Of a DNA stretch of 64,000 nucleotides, positions 26,415 through 35,611 are shown piece after piece. The DNA is taken from contig OY970384.1 in the NCBI GenBank assembly GCA_963719435.1, positions 2,623,835 through 2,687,834 of the forward strand, in the 5' to 3' direction. The notes under the pieces were generated by a model, which saw nothing but the letters and a program-made list of their open reading frames with translations, searched no databases and had not been told where the DNA came from. This DNA comes from an uncultured Solirubrobacterales bacterium (GTDB lineage Bacteria > Actinomycetota > Thermoleophilia > Solirubrobacterales > 70-9). A program made the position numbers and the translations under genes. Within the stretch, counting starts at the first letter, position 1. Each line of letters starts with the position of its first letter.

Positions 26415-26418
26415 CGCG

Positions 26419-26433
26419 ACGGAGAGGGAGGGA
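26419..26433. repeat. direct repeat ACGGAGAGGGAGGGA (left copy; a degenerate copy of the tRNA-Ser 3' end)
   Basis: Identical 15-mer at 27199..27213, where it forms the 3' acceptor/T-arm of tRNA-Ser(GCT). Weaker similarity continues for about 13 more nt (CGAAGCTCGA vs TTCGAACCCTCGA). Confidence 0.8.
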
Positions 26434-27198
26434 CGAAGCTCGAACTTGATCGCGCGAGGGAGTGGATCAGGAGATTGCATGCCGAGCGCTTCGGCCCGCG
26501 CTGATCGCGCCACGTTGCTCGGATAACTGTTTCCTCGATTCCTTCTGCTACTGTCCAAGCTATGCCTTTTGAGACGTTCAAGCGGAACAGCATGGTGTCG
26601 CTGCAAAAGCCTGCGGTTACCATTCAGAAGCGCGGGGCTCTGTCTTTTAATGCTGCCGCGTATGAAGCTTTGGAGAATCCCAAGCACGTCGTGCTGTTGT
26701 ACGACCGCGACAACGAACTCATGGGCATTCAGAAGACCTCCGCATCTACCCCTCACGCTTATGTCGTGCGAGGGGTTGGCAACAACCGGGCCACCCATGT
26801 CGTGTCCGGCAAAGCCTTCCTGAACTACTACGGCATTTCCCGCGACGTGGCCCGCCGCTGGACCGCCAAGATGGAAGACGACGTGCTGGTAATAGACCTT
26901 AAGCGGCCGGGATTTGAGGTCTCCGGCCACAGCAGTCGCATCCACAAGGAGGACGACTAAAGAGCTTCCTGGGGACACCCCCCTCGTTTCGTTTTCGAGG
27001 GGATTCCACTGGTTCCCGGAAGGGTTGAGGGGCGGAGTAGTGGCTCCGTCCCTCTTCCTCATGCCAATCTACCTCAAGCTGAATAGCTTTCTCGCTCTCG
27101 GCTCGGCGAGGCATGAATCGTGCAACGCCAGATCAAACCTCCTTATCCCGATCCGGCGACCGGAAGTGCCGTAGCTCGGCAAGCTATCCCCGGCCAAT
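26434..27198. mobile_element. candidate remnant of a tRNA-Ser-integrated element (islet with no integrase)
   Basis: Bounded by the 15-bp direct repeat. Abuts the 3' end of tRNA-Ser(GCT). Visibly more A+T-rich than the flanks. Contains a single plausible ORF with atypical codon usage. Confidence 0.45.
26562..26960 (+). CDS. hypothetical protein encoded in the low-G+C islet
   Basis: 132-aa ORF (MPFETFKRNSMVSLQKPAVTIQKRGALSFNAAAYEAL...). Composition differs from the neighbours. Followed by the hairpin CCCCTCG-N9-CGAGGGG (26980-27002). No family recognised. Confidence 0.5.
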   Translation: MPFETFKRNSMVSLQKPAVTIQKRGALSFNAAAYEALENPKHVVLLYDRDNELMGIQKTSASTPHAYVVRGVGNNRATHVVSGKAFLNYYGISRDVARRWTAKMEDDVLVIDLKRPGFEVSGHSSRIHKEDD

Positions 27199-27213
27199 AC
27201 GGAGAGGGAGGGA
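27199..27213. repeat. direct repeat ACGGAGAGGGAGGGA (right copy, inside the tRNA-Ser 3' end)
   Basis: Identical to 26419..26433. Confidence 0.8.
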
Positions 27214-27288
27214 TTCGAACCCTCGAGAGAGCTTGCGCCCCCTACTCGCTTAGCAGGCGAGTGCCTTCAGCCACTCGGCCACCTCTCC
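27200..27288 (-). tRNA. tRNA-Ser (anticodon GCT)
   Basis: Acceptor GGAGAGG/CCTCTCC, anticodon stem-loop CTCGC-CTGCTAA-GCGAG, long variable arm, T-arm GGGTTCGAATCCC. Confidence 0.9.
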
Positions 27289-27347
27289 GGGCACCGCGGC
27301 CCCGATTGTAGGAACTAACGGGGCACGGCGGGGATAGGCTGACGCGG

Positions 27348-28559
27348 GTGTCCGCTCCGCCCAACCAGTCGCACGAGCGCTACGAGCGCATCTTCGCGGA
27401 GGTCGAGGCGCCGTTCGCCTTCGTCGACCTCGACGCGATGTGGGCCAACGCGGCGGCGATGCTGGAGCGCGCCGGGGAGAAGCCGATCCGGGTCGCCAGC
27501 AAGTCGATCCGCTGCCGGGCGCTGCTGGAAGCGATCCTGAAGCGGGACCAGCGCTTCCGCGGGCTGATGACCTTCACCCTGCCGGAGACCCTGTGGCTGG
27601 CCGAGCAGGGGTTCGAAGACCTGCTGCTCGCCTACCCGACGGTCGACTCCGAGGCGCTGGGCGAGCTGGCGCTGCGCTCGGCCGCGCATCCGCAGGGGGC
27701 GCCGATCGTGATGGTCGACTGCGTCGAGCACCTCGACGCGATCGAGGCCGTGCTCGGCACCGGCGCCGCCCCGGTCCGGGTCTGCATCGATCTCGACGCC
27801 GGCTGGTGGGCGCTGGGCGGGCGGATCAAGGTCGGGCCGAAGCGCTCGCCGATCCACACGGTCGAGCAGGCGGTGGCGCTGGCGCGGGAGATCGAGCGCC
27901 GGCCGCAGATCGAACTGGACGCGCTGATGTCCTACGAGGGCCAGATCGCCGGCGTCGGCGACCGGCCGCCGGGACGGCGCCTGCGCGGCGCCGCGATCCG
28001 CTTCATGCAGCGCCGCTCCGCCGCCGAGCTGGCCGCGCGGCGCGGGGCCGTCGCCGCCGCCCTGGCCGAGTTCGTCGAGCTCGAGATCGTCAACGGCGGC
28101 GGCACCGGCAGCCTCGAGCTGACCGGAGCCGAGGAGGCGGTGACCGAGGTCACCGCCGGCTCCGGCTTCTACGCCCCCACCCTGTTCGACCATTACAGCC
28201 GCTTCAGCCTGACTCCCGCCGCCGGCTTCGCGCTGCCGATCGTGCGCAAGCCGAGCCCCGCGGTCGCCACCGCGCTCGGCGGCGGCTACCTCGCCTCCGG
28301 CGGCGGCGACCCGGCGCGACTGCCGGGGCCCTGGCTGCCCCCCGGCCTCGCCCTCGACCCCGAGGAGGGCGCCGGCGAGGTGCAGACGCCGCTGCTCGGC
28401 GCGCCGGCGGCGCAGCTGCGGGTCGGCGACCGCGCCTACCTGCGCCATGCCAAGGCAGGCGAGCTCTGCGAGCGCTTCGACGCCCTGCACCTTGTCGCGG
28501 GCGAGGAGATCGTCGACGTCGTCCCCACTTACCGGGGCGACGGCAAGGCGTTCCTCTAA
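27348..28559 (+). CDS. PLP-dependent alanine-racemase-fold enzyme (D-amino-acid deaminase/aldolase-like)
   Basis: 403 aa, GTG start. N-terminal TIM-barrel pattern with the candidate PLP lysine in IRVASKSIRC. Confidence 0.65.
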   Translation: MSAPPNQSHERYERIFAEVEAPFAFVDLDAMWANAAAMLERAGEKPIRVASKSIRCRALLEAILKRDQRFRGLMTFTLPETLWLAEQGFEDLLLAYPTVDSEALGELALRSAAHPQGAPIVMVDCVEHLDAIEAVLGTGAAPVRVCIDLDAGWWALGGRIKVGPKRSPIHTVEQAVALAREIERRPQIELDALMSYEGQIAGVGDRPPGRRLRGAAIRFMQRRSAAELAARRGAVAAALAEFVELEIVNGGGTGSLELTGAEEAVTEVTAGSGFYAPTLFDHYSRFSLTPAAGFALPIVRKPSPAVATALGGGYLASGGGDPARLPGPWLPPGLALDPEEGAGEVQTPLLGAPAAQLRVGDRAYLRHAKAGELCERFDALHLVAGEEIVDVVPTYRGDGKAFL

Positions 28560-28571
28560 GCGCCCGACAAA

Positions 28572-29894
28572 CTATGGGCCGAGCACGCGCTCGGCGTACT
28601 CGTTGGCGAAGACCCGGCCCGGGTCGAGCTCGTCGCGGGCGGCCTGGAACCGCTCCCAGGCCGGGTAGCGCGGCGCCAGGGTCGCGGCGGTCTGGAAGTG
28701 GCGCTTGCCCCAGTGCGGGCGGCCGCCGTACTCGTCCATGATCGCCTCGACCGCCTCGAAGTAGGGCCGCCACTCCATGCCGCGGTACTGGTGCACGGCG
28801 ATGTAGGCGGTGTCGCGCTCGTGCGAGGGGCTGAGCAGGGCGTCGTCGCCGGCCGCGACCCGCATCTCGATCGGGAAGAAGACCGGGTAGCGGTTGGAGC
28901 GCACCCACTCGATCACCCGCCGCACCGCCTCCGGCCCCCGCTCGCGCGGCACCCCGTACTCCATCTCGGTGAAGCGGACGCGGCGGTCGTTGGCGAAGAC
29001 GCGGTCGCTGCGGTCGACCGTACGGCTGCCCGAGGCGAGCCGGCCGGCGAGGCGCGAGAGCGAGGGGATCGTCCCCGGGAAGCGCCTGCCGGTGGCCGAG
29101 AGCGCCCCCAGCGCCCAGTTCTCGAGGACGACGTCGTTGAGGTAGGCGGCGACGCGGCCGCGCGGGCTCGGCGGCGCCTCGGTGCGGTTGCGCTCCAGGA
29201 CCAGGGCGCTGTCGGCGTAGGGGAAGGTGAAGAGCTCGAAGTGGTCGTGGGCGTCGGCGCTCTCCTGGAAGGAGTCGAGCACCTGCTCGCGCGGGCGCGG
29301 GGCGTCGACGCGGTCGAGGACGAAGGCGGGGACGCAGCGCAGGGTGACGGCGGAGAGCGCGCCGAGGGCGCCGATCCCGACCCGGGCCGCGCGCAGCAGC
29401 TCGGGGTGGGAGGCGGCGCTGAGCTCGCGCACGCTGCCGTCGCCGAGGACCAGCTCCACCCCCTCGACCTGGGCCGAGATGTTGCGCAGCCGGGCGCCGG
29501 TGCCGTGGGTGCCGGTGGAGATCGCGCCGGCGATCGTCTGGCTGTCGATGTCGCCGAGGTTCTCCATCGCCAGGCCGAGCCGGGCCAGCTCCTCGTTGAG
29601 GTCGGCGAGCACGGTCCCGGCCCCGACCCGGACCAGGCCCGAGGCGGGGTCGGCGTCGACCACGCCCTTCAGCGCCTCGATCCGCAGCATCGTCCCGTCG
29701 GTCATCGCCGCCTCGGTGAAGGAGTGCCCGGAGCCGGCGACGCTGACCTTGCGGCCAGCGGCCGCGGCGACGACGATCGCCGCCGCCAGCTCCTCGCGGT
29801 TGGCCGGGCGCACCTGCTCGGCCGGGCGGCAGGTCTGGTCGCCCGCCCAGTTCGCCCAGGCGCCGGTCTCGCCCGCTTGCGCTCGTCTGGCCAT
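28572..29894 (-). CDS. FAD-linked D-arabinono-1,4-lactone / L-gulonolactone oxidase family oxidoreductase
   Basis: 440 aa. FAD-binding PCMH-type N-terminus (VSVAGSGHSFT) and an ALO C-terminal domain with GGRPHWGKRHF. Confidence 0.85.
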   Translation of the reverse strand: MARRAQAGETGAWANWAGDQTCRPAEQVRPANREELAAAIVVAAAAGRKVSVAGSGHSFTEAAMTDGTMLRIEALKGVVDADPASGLVRVGAGTVLADLNEELARLGLAMENLGDIDSQTIAGAISTGTHGTGARLRNISAQVEGVELVLGDGSVRELSAASHPELLRAARVGIGALGALSAVTLRCVPAFVLDRVDAPRPREQVLDSFQESADAHDHFELFTFPYADSALVLERNRTEAPPSPRGRVAAYLNDVVLENWALGALSATGRRFPGTIPSLSRLAGRLASGSRTVDRSDRVFANDRRVRFTEMEYGVPRERGPEAVRRVIEWVRSNRYPVFFPIEMRVAAGDDALLSPSHERDTAYIAVHQYRGMEWRPYFEAVEAIMDEYGGRPHWGKRHFQTAATLAPRYPAWERFQAARDELDPGRVFANEYAERVLGP

Positions 29895-29903
29895 CGAGCC
29901 AGC

Positions 29904-31064
29904 CTAACCCCCGGCCACCGGGGCGGCCGTCGGCGCGGAGGGCAGGGTGCGGAAGGCGTAGGCGACGGTGACCGCCAGCAGCACGGCGATGGCGATGCTG
30001 GGCGCGGCGTTGCCGGTGAGCGTGGCGACGACGCCGCCGCCGATGCCGCCGACCACCTGGCCCGAGGCCCAGGCCATGTTCGAGAGGCCGGCGGCGAAGC
30101 CCTGGTGCAGCCGGCTGGCGTCGGCGATGTCGGAGAGCAGGGTCAGCGCCGGGGCGAAGCAGAGGCCGGCGCCGAGCGAGGTCAGGATCAGCGCCGCCAG
30201 GATCGCTCCGAGGCTCTGCGCCAGCGCCACCGCGACCATCGCCACGGCGCAGATCGTCAGCCCGACCACGTAGGGCATGCGACGGCCGACGCGGTCGGAG
30301 AGGCGGCCGGCGAGCGGCGCCAGCACCGCCTCCAGGGCGGCACCGGCGATGAAGCCGGCGGCGATCACCGCGTGGCCGCCGCCGAGCGCGTCGATCCGCA
30401 GCGGCACCAGCACCTCGATCGCGCCGAACATCACCGAGGGGACGGCGACGAAGGCGACGCCGGCGAGGACCGGGCGGGTCCTCATCGTCGCCAGCACCTC
30501 GCGCACCGGCTGCCCTTCGGGCGCCTCCGCCTCCGGCAGGCGCGCCGCGGCGAGGGCGAGGATCGCGGTGATGACCAGCACCGAGCCGAAGACCGGCCCG
30601 GTGCCGATCGAAGCGGCGGCCGCGCCCAGCGCCGGCCCCAGCAGGGCGCCGGCGACGGCGGTGCCGAGCGCGGTGCCGATCACCCGGCCGCGGCTCTCCT
30701 CGGGGGCGGAGGTGATCAGCCAGGTCAGCGCCCCGGACCAGATCAGCGCCCCCGCCACCCCCTGGGTGAAGCGCGAGGCGTCGAGCAGGTTGATCTCCTC
30801 GACCAGGCCGAAGACGAGGCTGGAGACGCCGAGTAGCAGCAGGCCCCAGATCACGCAGCGCTTCGGCCCGACCCGGCTGGCGACGAACCCCGCCGGCAGC
30901 GAGGCGATCAGGGTGCCGGCCGCGTAGGAGGCGGAGAGCAGCCCCGCCTGCGCCTTGCTGAGACCGAGGTCGTCGACGTACCCCGGCAGCAGCGGGGCGA
31001 TGGCGGCGAAGAAGGCGACGTCGAAGAAGATCATCGCCGACGCCAACAGCAGCAGCCGGCGCAT
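29904..31064 (-). CDS. MFS transporter
   Basis: 386 aa with 12 hydrophobic segments. MFS loop motifs: GFVASRVGPKR and GRLSDRVGRR. Confidence 0.85.
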   Translation of the reverse strand: MRRLLLLASAMIFFDVAFFAAIAPLLPGYVDDLGLSKAQAGLLSASYAAGTLIASLPAGFVASRVGPKRCVIWGLLLLGVSSLVFGLVEEINLLDASRFTQGVAGALIWSGALTWLITSAPEESRGRVIGTALGTAVAGALLGPALGAAAASIGTGPVFGSVLVITAILALAAARLPEAEAPEGQPVREVLATMRTRPVLAGVAFVAVPSVMFGAIEVLVPLRIDALGGGHAVIAAGFIAGAALEAVLAPLAGRLSDRVGRRMPYVVGLTICAVAMVAVALAQSLGAILAALILTSLGAGLCFAPALTLLSDIADASRLHQGFAAGLSNMAWASGQVVGGIGGGVVATLTGNAAPSIAIAVLLAVTVAYAFRTLPSAPTAAPVAGG

Positions 31065-31137
31065 GGGCTGAATCCAATCAGTGCAAGCCAGGCTGAGTGG
31101 ACGGCAGGCCCTCTAGCATCCGCACTTACCGACACTC

Positions 31138-31226
31138 GGAGGGGTGGCAGAGCGGTTGAATGCGCCGGTCTTGAAAACCGGTGGCCCTCGCAAGGGGGCT
31201 CGTGGGTTCGAATCCCACCCCCTCCG
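31138..31226 (+). tRNA. tRNA-Ser (anticodon TGA)
   Basis: Acceptor GGAGGGG/CCCCTCC, anticodon stem-loop CCGGT-CTTGAAA-ACCGG, long variable arm, T-arm GTGGGTTCGAATCCCAC. Confidence 0.9.
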
Positions 31227-31275
31227 CTGAGCGCCGCGGAGCAGGAAAGCAGCTGACGCGGCCGAACGACCCTGG

Positions 31276-32004
31276 ATGGACAGGGCCGCCATCAGCGCCC
31301 GTTCGCGCCAGCGCTGGCTCTCGCGGGCCGAGCAGGTCAGCGACGCCTTCGGCCTCGTCTTCCTGTTGGTCCTGACGACCTACGTGCTGACCTCGCTGCT
31401 GGCCAACCACGGCTGGCCGGCGGTCGTCCTCACTGTCGCCACCAGCGCCACCTCGATCGTCGCGCTGATCAGCTCCCACGCCCCCCGCCGCCTGATCCGG
31501 GTGGCGATCTGGCTCTCCGCCCTGACCGTGCTGCTGGCGGCGATCGCCGCGCTGGCCGACCAGCGCACCTGGCTCAACCTCGCCTCGGTGATCCAGATCA
31601 CCCTGCTGGCGGTGGCGATGGGGGCGGTCCTGGCCCGGGTCGTGACCTCGGCCGAAGTCGCGTTCCGGACGATCCTCGGCGCGCTCAGCGTCTACACCGT
31701 GCTCGGCATCCTCTTCACCTTCCTCTACGGGACGATCGACCGGATCCAGGGCGGGCCGTTCTTCGAAGGCGTCGCCAGCCCGGACGGCAGCGACTTCATC
31801 TTCTTCAGCTACACGACGCTGACCACGACCGGCTTCGGCAATCTCGTCCCCGCGGGCCAGCCGGGGCGGATGATCTCCGGCCTGGAGATGATGGTCGGCC
31901 AGATCTTCCTCGTCACCCTGGTCGCCGGCCTGGTCAGCCTCTGGCGACCGGGCGAGGGCCTGCGCCGGCGCCAGGAAAGGCGCTCTGAGAGTCCCTCCGC
32001 TTAG
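31276..32004 (+). CDS. ion-channel (Ion_trans_2 / K-channel-like) membrane protein with a non-canonical filter
   Basis: 242 aa. Several TM helices followed by a pore-loop FFSYTTLTTTGFGNLVP and a final TM helix. Confidence 0.7.
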   Translation: MDRAAISARSRQRWLSRAEQVSDAFGLVFLLVLTTYVLTSLLANHGWPAVVLTVATSATSIVALISSHAPRRLIRVAIWLSALTVLLAAIAALADQRTWLNLASVIQITLLAVAMGAVLARVVTSAEVAFRTILGALSVYTVLGILFTFLYGTIDRIQGGPFFEGVASPDGSDFIFFSYTTLTTTGFGNLVPAGQPGRMISGLEMMVGQIFLVTLVAGLVSLWRPGEGLRRRQERRSESPSA

Positions 32005-32012
32005 GCATAGGC

Positions 32013-32048
32013 GCCCCCGCCGCCGAGGGTGGCTCGGCGGCGGGGGGC
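32013..32048 (+). terminator. GC-rich stem-loop after the channel gene (terminator-like, no U tract)
   Basis: GCCCCCGCCGCCGAG-GGTGG-CTCGGCGGCGGGGGGC, about 15 bp with one bulged G, starting 9 nt after the stop codon. Confidence 0.4.
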
Positions 32049-32226
32049 TGAGCGCCTGGCACGAGTTCGTCGTTCCCCTGCCACTGGTGGCGTGTTGCCG
32101 GCGATCGAACTTGCCGGATGTCGCGGTCTACTCGCCTGGGTTGGCAACTACTGTCCCGGCGGACCGCAACACCTGTCCGAATGGTCTGTTTCGGACGGTG
32201 TGAGTAATACCAACAAGCGACCGCAG

Positions 32227-32748
32227 ATGTCAAGAAGCCACCGACTCTCAGCCACCTCCTACATCGTCCTCAGCCTGATCGACGCCGCCGGCGAGGCGAC
32301 CCCCTACGACCTCAAACGGGCGGTGGCGCTGGCGCTCGGCAACTTCTGGTCGGTGCCGCACGCCCAGGTCTACGCCGAGCCCGAGCGGCTCTCGGAAGCC
32401 GGCTTCCTCAGCGAGCGCCGCGAGCAGGGCGGCCGTCGCCGTCGCTATTACAAGCTGACCGCGAAAGGCGAGAAGGCGCTGGCCGCCTGGCTCGCCGAGC
32501 CGACCGCGGAGATGGCCGAGCTGCGCGATCCCGGCATCCTCAAGCTCTTCTTCGGCGGCGACCCGGTGCCGCTGGCCACAGCCCAGCTCAGCGTCCACCG
32601 CGAGCGCCTGGCCGAACTGGAAGAGCTGGCGCGACGGGTCGACGGCAACACTCCCGCCGGCTTCGAGCTGACCATGCTCGCCGGCCTCGGCCACGAGCGC
32701 GAGTGGGTGCGCTTCTGGGAACGGGTGGAGAAGGGCGAGCGGCCCTGA
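32227..32748 (+). CDS. PadR-family transcriptional regulator
   Basis: ATG 32227 (MSRSHRLSATSYIVLSLI...). Winged HTH PYDLKRAV...SVPHAQVYAEPERLSEAGFL...RRRRYYKLTAKG plus a PadR C-terminal domain. Confidence 0.85.
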   Translation: MSRSHRLSATSYIVLSLIDAAGEATPYDLKRAVALALGNFWSVPHAQVYAEPERLSEAGFLSERREQGGRRRRYYKLTAKGEKALAAWLAEPTAEMAELRDPGILKLFFGGDPVPLATAQLSVHRERLAELEELARRVDGNTPAGFELTMLAGLGHEREWVRFWERVEKGERP

Positions 32749-32763
32749 GCCGCTTGCCCCGAG

Positions 32764-33222
32764 CTACTCGGAGAGCTCGACGCGCTCGATCGTCTGCGGC
32801 TCGAGCGGCTTGTCGGAGCCGTCGGTCGGCGTCGACTCGATCGCGTCGACGACGTCCATCCCCTCGGTGACGGTGCCGAAGACGGTGTGCTTGCCGTCCA
32901 GCCAGGGCGCCGCGCCGGTGGTGACGATGAAGAACTGCGAGCCGTTGGTGTTGGGGCCGGCGTTGGCCATCGCCAGCGCGCCGCGCACGACCTTGTGGTC
33001 GTTGAACTCGTCCTCGAAGGTGTAGCCGGGACCGCCGCGGCCGGTCCCCTCGGGGCAACCGCCCTGGATCATGAAGTCGGGGATGATGCGGTGGAAGATC
33101 AGGGTGTCGTAGAAGCCGTCGGCGGCGAGCTTGCGGAAGTTCTCGACCGTCTTCGGAGCCTCGTCGTCGTGCAGCTCGAGCACGATCGGCCCGGCGCTGG
33201 TGTGAAGGGTTGCCTGCGACAT
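32764..33222 (-). CDS. ppiA: peptidyl-prolyl cis-trans isomerase (cyclophilin type)
   Basis: 152 aa from ATG 33222. Contains [32 protein letters not shown] and [10 protein letters not shown]. It is the tail of the 1080-aa shadow ORF. Confidence 0.9.
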   Translation of the reverse strand: MSQATLHTSAGPIVLELHDDEAPKTVENFRKLAADGFYDTLIFHRIIPDFMIQGGCPEGTGRGGPGYTFEDEFNDHKVVRGALAMANAGPNTNGSQFFIVTTGAAPWLDGKHTVFGTVTEGMDVVDAIESTPTDGSDKPLEPQTIERVELSE

Positions 33223-33233
33223 CGGCCACCACC

Positions 33234-35504
33234 CTACCGGCCGCTGACGCGGATCGTCAGCGGGCGCGAGGAACCGGGCGCGTAGGGCCAGCGCTCCTCC
33301 GCCAGGGCCGTCGCCCGCAGCCGAATCGAGGCGCTGCCGTCGACGTAGCGGAAGCGGTAGCGGGCGCGGAAGCGGCCGCCGTGGTCGCTGCGGGTGACCA
33401 GCACCGGGCGCCAGCGATTCGTCGCCGCCTCCAGGTACTGGATGGCGACCAGCTTGCCGCGGCGGGGGATCGCCGCGCCGCGGCCACGGACCCGGCCGCT
33501 GAGGTGGACGACCTGGCCGGTGCGCAGCGACAGCGGCGCGGCACCGAGCGAGATCCCGCTGCGGACGCGGAGCTCGAGCGCGGCCCGGCGCGCCGGCTCC
33601 AGGCCGCCGTCGCCCGCGAAGACGACGGCGATCCGCCGCGACGGCCCCGGCTCCAACCGCAGCTCGAAGCCGCCGCGCTCGCCGGTGCCGGCGGTCGCGC
33701 TCGCCGCCGGCGCCAGGGCGCCGTGCGAGGGGCGGGAGACGATGCGCAGCTGCCGCCCGGAGATACCGGCGCCGTCGGCGCGGGTGAGGCGGCCACTGAG
33801 CAGGGCCGGGGCGGCGAAGGGAACAGTCAGCGCGTCGCCGCGACCGTGACCGCCGCGCAGGCGGGCGAACAGGCGGGTCTTGGCGCGGGGCGCGGCCGGC
33901 TTGGCGGCAGTCGCGGACCTGGCCGGCGCCACCGCGGCCGGGGTCTTGCGCAGCGCCATCTCGGTGCCGTCGGCGCGCAGCGTGGTGGTGCTGGCGTTGC
34001 CGGCCCCGTCCACTGCCTCGGCGCGGAAGACGTAGGTGCCGGGCGCCAGCTCGGGGGTGCGGGCGACGAGCCGCGCGCGCCCGGCGGCCTCGGCCTGCAG
34101 CCGGGTCGGCAGCTCGGTCCACTCGGCGGCGTTGAGGCGACGGTAGGAGATCGTCCCGCCGGCCGGGCCCGAGTGGGCGTCGACGACCGTCGCCTCGACC
34201 TGCTCCGGGATCTCGGCGGCGGTGCCGGGCGCGAAGGCCAGACCGGGCGGCACGTCGTCGAAGCGCAGCGGCAGCTCCAGGGCCGAGGAGGGCGCGTCGT
34301 TGCCGGCTTCGTCGCGCAGCCAGAGGTGGAGCGCGTAGAGGCCGGGAGCGGGCACGAAGCGATCGGGAAGGGCGGCGACCTCGCGTCCGCCCTCGAACTG
34401 GACGCCGCTGTCGTAGCCGGCGGGTCCGGTGATCCGCCAGTAGGCGCCCCAGATCGGGCTCGCCCCACCCTGGTCGGGGTTGGCCCAGGAGAGATCGAAG
34501 TCGTCGACCCGGCGCCAGCCCTCGCCGCCGGCGAGAGTCAGGTTGCGCGGGTGGGCCGGCGGGTTGTTGTCGATGCCGACCGGCTGGTCGGGGCTGCAGC
34601 CGACGTTGCCGGCGAAGTCGGTGACGCAGTGGTGGATCCAGTGGTTGCCGTCGCTGAAGCGGCGGCTGTCGAGGCTGGCGCCGCCGGAGACGCCGGTGAG
34701 GCAGGGCTGCATCCGCGTCGCCCGCCACTCGCCGCCGATGCTGACCTTCTCGCAGGGGTACTCGACGAGGTCGACGCGGGCGCCGTCGAGGAAGGTCTCG
34801 CCGTAACGGATGCCGGCACCCTGCTCGTTGCCGCCGGAGAAGGAGATGCCCTGGACCCCGTGGCGCCAGCCGCCGCCGAGCAGCTCGCCGCCGAGCCAGG
34901 CCGACGGGGTGGAGTCGTCCTGGAGGGTGAGCGTCACCGCCCGCAGGCCCGACCAAGAGCCGGCGTCGAGCGAGCACCACTTGCTCTCGGCCCGGGCGCA
35001 GAGCAGGCGGTCCTCGATCGCCGCCGCGGCGGGGGCGAAGCCGGCGACGAACTCGCGCGGGGTCGTGTCGGTGCCGTCGGCGGCGAGGAACGGTTCGAAG
35101 CCGCCGCCCCAGTTGACGCCGCCGAGGCGCTGCTCGATGCCGTCGTGGAGGGCGTGCCACCAGGTGCCGCGGACCTGGACGATGCCGGTCCCGGGCGGCG
35201 CGGTCCAGCGCCAGCGGGCAAAGCGGGTGCCGGAGACGGTGCCCTGCCCATCGCGGGTGAAGCTCTTGAGGTGGGCGCCGTCGAAGGGGTCGGCCCCCGC
35301 CGGTGGCACGCAGTAGCCGTCGGGCCGGAACTTGGCGCCGCCGGTGGTGTCGGCCCAGTCGGCGTCGGCGCCCACGTACCAGCCGCACTGGGCGACCGCG
35401 TACTGCCCCGCCCGCGCCTCGCCCGCGACCAGCAGCAGCAGCGCCACCGCCAGGCAGATCCCCATCGCCAGCAACCGCGCCAGTCCACCCCTCGTCCCCG
35501 ACAT
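33234..35504 (-). CDS. large secreted protein of unknown function
   Basis: Preferred start is ATG 35504 ([32 protein letters not shown] signal peptide). About 756 aa, Cys-containing N-terminal part, Ig/carboxypeptidase-regulatory-like C-terminal segments. No family recognised. Confidence 0.6.
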   Translation of the reverse strand: MSGTRGGLARLLAMGICLAVALLLLVAGEARAGQYAVAQCGWYVGADADWADTTGGAKFRPDGYCVPPAGADPFDGAHLKSFTRDGQGTVSGTRFARWRWTAPPGTGIVQVRGTWWHALHDGIEQRLGGVNWGGGFEPFLAADGTDTTPREFVAGFAPAAAAIEDRLLCARAESKWCSLDAGSWSGLRAVTLTLQDDSTPSAWLGGELLGGGWRHGVQGISFSGGNEQGAGIRYGETFLDGARVDLVEYPCEKVSIGGEWRATRMQPCLTGVSGGASLDSRRFSDGNHWIHHCVTDFAGNVGCSPDQPVGIDNNPPAHPRNLTLAGGEGWRRVDDFDLSWANPDQGGASPIWGAYWRITGPAGYDSGVQFEGGREVAALPDRFVPAPGLYALHLWLRDEAGNDAPSSALELPLRFDDVPPGLAFAPGTAAEIPEQVEATVVDAHSGPAGGTISYRRLNAAEWTELPTRLQAEAAGRARLVARTPELAPGTYVFRAEAVDGAGNASTTTLRADGTEMALRKTPAAVAPARSATAAKPAAPRAKTRLFARLRGGHGRGDALTVPFAAPALLSGRLTRADGAGISGRQLRIVSRPSHGALAPAASATAGTGERGGFELRLEPGPSRRIAVVFAGDGGLEPARRAALELRVRSGISLGAAPLSLRTGQVVHLSGRVRGRGAAIPRRGKLVAIQYLEAATNRWRPVLVTRSDHGGRFRARYRFRYVDGSASIRLRATALAEERWPYAPGSSRPLTIRVSGR

Positions 35505-35507
35505 CCG

Positions 35508-35587
35508 CCCCTCCGATCGCTCGTTTGCGTAGGGGGCGCCAAGACCCGCGGCGGGCGGATCTCTCCCCCCTGCGAGCGGATCGGGGG
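35508..35587. repeat. long imperfect hairpin in the divergent promoter/5' region
   Basis: CCCCTCCGATCGCTCG pairs with CGAGC(G)GATCGGGGG (about 14 bp with one bulge). An inner AGGGGG/CCCCCT stem encloses about 29 nt. Confidence 0.5.
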
Positions 35588-35611
35588 TGCCGCGTGCAGC
35601 GCTTTGCGAGA

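Noticed and set aside
26899-27114. 71-aa minus-strand ORF inside the tRNA-Ser islet, as a possible excisionase or regulator remnant.
   Set aside because: It overlaps the 3' end of the better-supported 132-aa plus-strand ORF. It has no RBS and no recognisable motif. It was kept only as a note within the islet finding.
28204-31077. Very long ORFs in the track. Examples are 28204..31077 (957 aa), 32764..36006, 37295..41392, 45110..47536, 49608..52976, 10628..13015, 17212..19185, 42453..45221, 5707..6675, 6602..8599 and the N-terminal 545 aa of 1784..4477.
   Set aside because: Their translations are Arg/Pro/Gly/Ala/Asp-rich low-complexity sequence. They overlap, on the opposite strand or in another frame, genes with clear family signatures. 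This is the usual shadow-ORF artefact of high-G+C DNA. Only the short terminal parts that carry real signatures were kept (ppiA, fdxA, the ASCH protein and the membrane protein at 1784-2839).
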